The position numbers were made by a program, and so were the translations under genes. The notes beneath the pieces are model-generated. The model was not told the DNA's origin and did not search any database. It saw only the letters and a list, made by a program, of their open reading frames with translations. A stretch of 32,000 nucleotides of DNA from contig JBHLPL010000006.1 in the NCBI GenBank assembly GCA_048939465.1, positions 1,256-33,255 on the forward strand, read 5' to 3'. Shown here one piece after another: positions 26,996 through 32,000 of the stretch (position 1 is its first letter; each line of letters begins with the position of its first letter). Source of the DNA: Promethearchaeota archaeon. Lineage in GTDB: Archaea; Asgardarchaeota; Odinarchaeia; Odinarchaeales; JBHLKK01.

Positions 26996-27550
26996 CTAGG
27001 TCTTTCCTTTTACATATCCGTGCATTGTCACTTCAGCAAACATCTCTCTTTTTGCTTTACAAATCGGACAGAGATAAGGAGGTTCTTCTCTATAACATAC
27101 ATAACCGCATTGTTTACAGTACCACATTATTAGACCGATTCTGGGGGTTCTCTTAACGGTCGCTGCTCTTGTATCAGAGGATTTTTCAGGAGGGGTTTCG
27201 GCAGCCCCTGCAAAGGCTCTGGCTTCTTTGTCCGCGGGTCTCCGTTCGGGGATCTTTCTCACAGGGAGCCTGCCCTCAAACACGTCCTTGTTAACATAAA
27301 GCGAACAATAGCAGACTCCGAACTCCTCGACGTCCGGGTCCCGATAGTCACAGGGGCAGACGATATCCCTATCAAGCTCGAAATTTCCTGACGCAAGTCT
27401 GCAGGGACAGGAAGGATAGCCGTATCGCTCTTCATTTCGGTTCAGTCCTTCAAGAAGACCTTTAAGAAAATCCGGATCAGGATTCAAATAGTAACCGCGA
27501 GTCTTTGCGTCGCTTTCTGCCCTTCGTCGAACCCTTTCCAGATTCTTCAT
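26996..27550 (-). CDS. Ferredoxin:thioredoxin/disulfide reductase catalytic subunit with C-terminal rubredoxin-like domain (FDR-type)
   Basis: CPC (YPSCPCR), CPC (IVCPCDY), CYC; C-terminal WYCKQCGY...PYLCPICKA; 4-nt overlap with the glutaredoxin gene. Confidence 0.88.
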   Translation of the reverse strand: MKNLERVRRRAESDAKTRGYYLNPDPDFLKGLLEGLNRNEERYGYPSCPCRLASGNFELDRDIVCPCDYRDPDVEEFGVCYCSLYVNKDVFEGRLPVRKIPERRPADKEARAFAGAAETPPEKSSDTRAATVKRTPRIGLIMWYCKQCGYVCYREEPPYLCPICKAKREMFAEVTMHGYVKGKT

Positions 27551-27831
27551 TTTTCGAGTGCTCTCCTTATTCGATCTTCATCATAGCCAGTGATCAGATA
27601 CTCCTCGTCAATAATAATGGCAGGAAAAGAAAAGCGGCCGCCCAGGCGATGAATTTGCTTCCTGATTTCTTCCTTATCTTCCTTGCTGTTTAAGTCTACA
27701 TCTACATATTCATACTCAATACCGTTATTCTTCAAAAAGCCCTTGGTCTTCATGCACCACATGCAAGTACTCAAGGCATATAGTAAGACTTTGTGTCTTT
27801 TGTTTGGGCCTGGAACTTTTATAATCTTCAT
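27547..27831 (-). CDS. Glutaredoxin/NrdH-like redoxin (CMWC)
   Basis: LYALSTCMWCMKTK, YEYVDVD, SFPAIII, TGYDED. The true start is likely ATG 27831, since the longer ORF overlaps the tRNA. Confidence 0.85.
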   Translation of the reverse strand: MKIIKVPGPNKRHKVLLYALSTCMWCMKTKGFLKNNGIEYEYVDVDLNSKEDKEEIRKQIHRLGGRFSFPAIIIDEEYLITGYDEDRIRRALEK

Positions 27832-27899
27832 TTTTCTGTTACATCCTGGGCCGTGTAATGTACTTCTCTGGACGCGTTTCTCTCTTTGCCAATCTTGAA

Positions 27900-28014
27900 T
27901 GGTAGCCCGGGAGAGATTCGAACTCTCGTCCAGGGGTGTTTCCAAACCTTGGTCTAACCCGGTTTTCCAGAGCCCCCGATGATTGATCTTTTTTGACCGC
28001 TACACCACCGGGCT
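27900..28014 (-). tRNA. tRNA-Gln(CUG) precursor with a 29-nt intron at 37/38 and a probable 10-nt intron at 21/22; CCA encoded
   Basis: Acceptor AGCCCGG/CCGGGCT + A + CCA; T-arm GAGAG-TTCGAAT-CTCTC; anticodon stem GGGGG/CCCCT with CTG at 27968-27970. Removing 27938-27966 and 27983-27992 gives a standard 76-nt tRNA. Confidence 0.9.
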
Positions 28015-28262
28015 AACTAATCGATCTTCTTCGTCGCATGAAGTAGCCTGAGCAATTATTTAGTCCGCAGATGTGACCATCAGCTCAGTAGATTGTGGAC
28101 TTATCGAAAGTCTGCAAGCATTAAACAGGCTCATTTCATGTTTGCTGAAAAGTATGTAGAAAGAGAGAGCTATAAATAACCTTCGCTTTCTGTCAACTTA
28201 TCCCATCACTGGTATTGTTGAACTCATAAATAGAAGGGGGTGACACAAAGGAGGCATGGCTT

Positions 28263-28493
28263 TCAGAATGGCAGTACTATGGAACTCAGAGTTCTGACCA
28301 CACCTTCGACCTTGTGAATGCGTTCCACGGTGTCCCTAACATGTTCCATATCGTCTGCAGCGACTTTTGCGATTATATCGTATGGGCCCGTTATCGCATA
28401 TATTTCGTCTATACCCTCTGCGCCCTTAAGCTTCTCAAGGACTTCATGAATCTTGCCTGTCTCAACTTCAATTAGCATAAATACTACGGTCAT
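28263..28493 (-). CDS. Stand-alone Lrp/AsnC ligand-binding (RAM) domain protein
   Basis: VFMLIEVETG, EIYAITGPYDIIAKV, VEGVVRTLSSIV; SD GAGGGAG. Confidence 0.88.
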   Translation of the reverse strand: MTVVFMLIEVETGKIHEVLEKLKGAEGIDEIYAITGPYDIIAKVAADDMEHVRDTVERIHKVEGVVRTLSSIVLPF

Positions 28494-28556
28494 AACAACT
28501 CTCCCTCATTCTCATTCTTTGGGGTTTTACATATATAAATAGTTTCTACGTTTTGG

Positions 28557-29813
28557 TTATGCCTTTCTCAGGCGAGCGATTTCTCTCTTTCCAAGATCCT
28601 CTAATATTTTCAGAACACCCGACGGAGTAATCTTGAAGCCCATACTTCTCAGTCCTTGAGTGATTTCCAGTACGCTATAACCTCGATCCATATTCTTCAG
28701 TATTACCAAGACTTTTCTGTCGTTGACTACGAGGCTTTGCATAGCCTTTTCAAAATCGAATTCAGGAGTAAATTCATAAATCTGATGATTGGCTGCGTTC
28801 TTACCCCATTCTTCTGAAATTGGCTCTGATCCCACCGATTTGACCCTGGCAACGCCCATAGTTCGATAATATTCCAAGGTTTCCAAGATCTCTTGCGGTT
28901 TCTTGTCGAAGCCCACCTTTTTGAGCCCATCGGACAATTCCAGCACAGTATAACCATGATCGAGATTAGCCATAAGTGTGCAAGTAGCCGGACTCCTACC
29001 GGCGCAGGCGGTCTCGACAACGCTATCAGGAGTATAAGGTGATACCAGCTCATAAACCCGCTGGTATTCGATTTCGTCTTCAAACAAATGTGAGACTAGT
29101 GTTGCTGCTCTTGCCTCAACCAGCCTGGAAATCTTGCTCGAGGCTCTTTTGAGAGGTATGCCTGCTGTCTTAGCAACTTCTCTGAGGGTTTTCTTGCCAT
29201 CAATTAATCGCATTAGAGAAAGCATATCCGAATCCAGTTCAAGTTTGTTTACCGCAGGTTCAGAAACTAGCAGTATTGCATCGGGAGACACGGCCCCAGC
29301 TGATTCTCCTGTGTCAGCAGCCGGCGCCTCTTCCTTTGACGGCGGTGATATCATAGCTTCTTCTGCTTCACGTGTCGGTTCTGGGGCAGGAGCAGGAGTT
29401 ACTGGGGAAGCAGAAATCGCTTCACGATGTTCAGCGGATGTAGGGGCAGGCATGGCGGCACCTGGTAATAGATCATCAATTTCTTCGAAGTCTTTCTTGA
29501 ACCTTCTCAATACCGTTCCTAATGACATTATGACTAGCCCTTCTCGTTCATAAGAGTCGATAGCTAATGCAACCTTATCAGAGACCCTTGAGATCAGGAG
29601 ACACCCTCTTTCGAGATGTTTCACTTGGTAATCACCGGTATCCCAAGTTGGAAAGCTCCTGGAAATAATACTCTTCGTTACGGTTTCAGCTTCTTCGCCC
29701 AAGGTTCCGTACAGACAATTCCCTTGGGCATCGAATAATCCTATTCGCACGTGAGCAAGGGTAACCAGTCCTTCTTTCATCCTTGTTATCAGATCTTCCA
29801 CCTGGTCCGACAT
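28557..29813 (-). CDS. Multidomain protein: roadblock/profilin-like N-domain, Pro/Ala linker, three winged-helix domains
   Basis: N-terminal IGLFDAQGNCLYG...LLISRVSDKVALAIDS; low-complexity linker PAPAPEP; wHTH IDGKKTLREVA; internal duplication NLDHGYTVLELSDGLKKVGF / NMDRGYSVLEITQGLRSMGF. The ORF extends to GTG 29831. Confidence 0.65.
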   Translation of the reverse strand: MSDQVEDLITRMKEGLVTLAHVRIGLFDAQGNCLYGTLGEEAETVTKSIISRSFPTWDTGDYQVKHLERGCLLISRVSDKVALAIDSYEREGLVIMSLGTVLRRFKKDFEEIDDLLPGAAMPAPTSAEHREAISASPVTPAPAPEPTREAEEAMISPPSKEEAPAADTGESAGAVSPDAILLVSEPAVNKLELDSDMLSLMRLIDGKKTLREVAKTAGIPLKRASSKISRLVEARAATLVSHLFEDEIEYQRVYELVSPYTPDSVVETACAGRSPATCTLMANLDHGYTVLELSDGLKKVGFDKKPQEILETLEYYRTMGVARVKSVGSEPISEEWGKNAANHQIYEFTPEFDFEKAMQSLVVNDRKVLVILKNMDRGYSVLEITQGLRSMGFKITPSGVLKILEDLGKREIARLRKA

Positions 29814-29991
29814 TTTGGTTCCTCTCATCACACATTCTTCGGATATATCTATTTATAAATTCGTTTTATCAGTTATAAGAGTTCTCATAATTCATTTTCT
29901 TCGAAAGAATATTAACTCATATCTAGGTAATTGTTTTAAGCATTCAAGGGAATAGGTGCTTGAGTGTGATAATTCGGATGTGGTACCGAAT

Positions 29992-30657
29992 ATGGAAATA
30001 ATGAGGGGGTTGCATTTCGTATCCGGCGTCCTATATAATTCTAATGTCTACGTTTTGGGAGAAGATGACTTGACTTTGATTGACTTAGGAACGGCGGCCA
30101 ACTTGACCCACCTATTTGGAGCGATCAAATCATTTGGTCTTGATTCAAGAAGAATCAGACAGATAGTAGTAACGCATGCCCATATCGATCACATCGGTGG
30201 ACTACCCAAAATCTCGGAATTACTAAATCCGAAGATTTGCGCACCAAAGGGAGAGGCAGACTATATTGAGAAAGCAGACGATCACATGATTCTATCATGG
30301 ATGTTTGGATCCAAATTCGAACCTGTAGATGTCGATGTTAGACTTAGCTCAGGTGACATGTTGCAAGTTGATGACTTTCATTTAAGGGTCTTGCACACTC
30401 CGGGGCACACAAGGGGAAGCATATGCTTGTACGATGAGGAGAAGAAAACACTGTTATCAGGAGACACTGTTTTTAGCGGAGGAGCTTTCGGTCGAGTTGA
30501 CTTACCGACGGGAAATGCTGAAGAACTCAGGAAGTCACTATTGATGTTATCAAAGCTTGAGGTGGAATACCTTCTCCCCGGACACATGAACACAGTCACC
30601 AAAGGAGCTAATGAGGACATTAGGCAATCATATCTGAATACGAAATTCCTTCTATAA
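29992..30657 (+). CDS. Metallo-beta-lactamase fold hydrolase (glyoxalase II-like)
   Basis: THAHIDHIGG (HxHxDH), HTPGHTRG, SGDTVF, LLPGH; start could be 29956 or 29992. Confidence 0.9.
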   Translation: MEIMRGLHFVSGVLYNSNVYVLGEDDLTLIDLGTAANLTHLFGAIKSFGLDSRRIRQIVVTHAHIDHIGGLPKISELLNPKICAPKGEADYIEKADDHMILSWMFGSKFEPVDVDVRLSSGDMLQVDDFHLRVLHTPGHTRGSICLYDEEKKTLLSGDTVFSGGAFGRVDLPTGNAEELRKSLLMLSKLEVEYLLPGHMNTVTKGANEDIRQSYLNTKFLL

Positions 30658-31221
30658 TCAGCCGGATCTCTGTTGACCGAATCTGTTGTCTAAATCCTGT
30701 AGCCGACTCTGATATTTCTGCTTGAGCAATTGATAGGTTCTAGGAGAGATCTTGCCTTCTGCTGATTGTTTTTCAAGACCTTCGAGCAGTGATTCTACGG
30801 CATCTCTTTCGGATTCTGCGTCAGATATGACTCCAATGCTTACAGAATTGCTCCTTGCAAGAGAGGACTCTCCGCCAGTATTAGAAGTCTGAAATGGTTC
30901 TTGAATCGCCACTGATTTGGCTGGACTCTCGTTGCTCTTCTCTTTCTTGAGAGGCAATTCTATTATCATGGGTCTTGATAAATCCGTCTCGGAGTCCTCA
31001 AAAAGCGAAATCGATGTAACGGTTTCTTCCTCATCCTTGGCAAAAGCAGATTGGGCGATCACAGCTATAAAGGGAATTAATATCACTGGGAATACCCATA
31101 GATTTTCAGTTACTGAAAGCGGTACCGGAAACAAGGGTATGAAGTAAACAATAACGGTTGTCAGTAAGAAAATGAGCCATGCTGCAATTACTATTTGAGC
31201 AGCGGTTTTTTTACGTGACAT
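30658..31221 (-). CDS. Membrane protein (two N-terminal TM helices) with C-terminal SHOCT-like motif
   Basis: IVIAAWLIFLLTTVIVYFIP / LWVFPVILIPFIAVIA; C-terminus LLEGLEKQSAEGKISPRTYQLLKQKY. Confidence 0.7.
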   Translation of the reverse strand: MSRKKTAAQIVIAAWLIFLLTTVIVYFIPLFPVPLSVTENLWVFPVILIPFIAVIAQSAFAKDEEETVTSISLFEDSETDLSRPMIIELPLKKEKSNESPAKSVAIQEPFQTSNTGGESSLARSNSVSIGVISDAESERDAVESLLEGLEKQSAEGKISPRTYQLLKQKYQSRLQDLDNRFGQQRSG

Positions 31222-31245
31222 GACTAATAATTGTGCTTACCTATA

Positions 31246-31277
31246 TAATAAGATTCCAATGTAATAAGATTCCAATG
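31246..31277. repeat. Perfect 16-bp tandem duplication TAATAAGATTCCAATG x2
   Basis: Copies at 31246-31261 and 31262-31277, abutting a TATA-like element of the minus-strand gene starting at 31221. Confidence 0.9.
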
Positions 31278-31324
31278 AGATTCGGTATGAGTAATAAGGT
31301 TTGATAGAAAGATTGGGCAAGAAT

Positions 31325-32000
31325 TCATTTTGCCGACTGTGATAGCTTCTTCAATTCGGATTTGATACTCTTCTCTTCCTCAAGATACTTCTTTTTCAAC
31401 TTCTCATATACACGATCTGAGATCTCCTTTTGTTCTTTCCTTTCTTCAAGCTCATCCAAGAGTTCTGCGGTTGCTTCAAGCTCCCCTTCAAGTTCAGTGA
31501 TTCGTTTCAGGAGTTCAGGGTCTCTATGGATCGGCTCCGTTTCGGCAGCCGGAGGGGTTTCAATAGTTGGCGTGACTTTGCTTGCCAGAGAAGGCATAGG
31601 CGTCGTTTCGGATTCTTCCGCCATATCTCCAAGGCGAGCTATCTCCTTCTCAAGCGCGTCTAGCCGCTTTGTTAAATCTCTTAGTAATTCCTCATCACGT
31701 GAGATTCGAGCTCTGGTGTAAGTAGCAGGAGGGTGGGGAGCGGTTGGTATTCGCTGCGCATGAGGAGCTGTTGGCTCATCACGTCCTCTACTATAGAAGT
31801 CCTGTTCCTCTCTCTCTTCTCTCACAAAAACATGTATCAGATATGCTATTATTGCAACTATAAAAAAAACGAATATGAAGCCCAGAACGAAAATTGGAGC
31901 CTGCATCATAAATATCGAGATCCCCACAGAGTTGAATTCCAGCTGATTTGCCCGAAATCTAATAGTAGCTAGTGATTTTCTTCTTATATATTTGTTGCTC
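31325..32000 (-). CDS. 5'-truncated single-pass membrane protein with cytoplasmic coiled coil and C-terminal SHOCT-like motif
   Basis: The frame has no stop from 31927 to the window edge (manual translation ...SNKYIRRKSLATIRFRANQLEFNSVGISIF). TM PIFVLGFIFVFFIVAIIAYLIHVFV; tail LDELEERKEQKEISDRVYEKLKKKY. Confidence 0.7.
   Translation of the reverse strand, partial: SNKYIRRKSLATIRFRANQLEFNSVGISIFMMQAPIFVLGFIFVFFIVAIIAYLIHVFVREEREEQDFYSRGRDEPTAPHAQRIPTAPHPPATYTRARISRDEELLRDLTKRLDALEKEIARLGDMAEESETTPMPSLASKVTPTIETPPAAETEPIHRDPELLKRITELEGELEATAELLDELEERKEQKEISDRVYEKLKKKYLEEEKSIKSELKKLSQSAK

Noticed and set aside
27832-27945. N-terminal extension of the glutaredoxin ORF (132 aa in the ORF track)
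   Set aside because: It overlaps the tRNA-Gln gene; the glutaredoxin fold starts at ATG 27831.
28727-29553. Alternative-frame and antisense ORFs inside the roadblock-wHTH gene
   Set aside because: They are fully nested in a better-supported CDS.
1-32000. CRISPR arrays, rRNA genes, transposases, integrases
   Set aside because: None were recognised on reading the window.

Overview
Archaeal chromosomal window of moderate GC with GGTGA/GAGG-type Shine-Dalgarno sites, a crenarchaeal-type PolB1 and an intron-containing tRNA. It most likely comes from an Asgard archaeon; this is inferred mainly from an OdinTubulin-like gene. Left to right: PolB1; hypothetical genes; a sulfur-relay/Fe-S cluster (IscS, IscU, a Urm1/MoaD-like Ubl, an Fe-S-like protein, SufS, a ThiF/MoeB E1); a ~8.3 kb minus-strand block of mostly unknown genes whose core is a tight three-gene operon of coiled-coil protein, eukaryote-like tubulin and coiled-coil protein; decayed small genes; MarC; DUF167; DUF3795; a CysRS paralog with an altered Zn site and no anticodon domain; a LonC-type protease; a redox module (fRMsr-like GAF, FTR-rubredoxin, glutaredoxin); tRNA-Gln(CUG) with a canonical intron plus a probable 10-nt D-loop mini-intron; a stand-alone Lrp/AsnC domain; a roadblock-like protein with three winged helices; an MBL hydrolase; and two membrane proteins with SHOCT-like tails. 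The best candidate for an undescribed system is the tubulin operon with its two coiled-coil partners. All family assignments come from motif recognition by eye; no database search was run.
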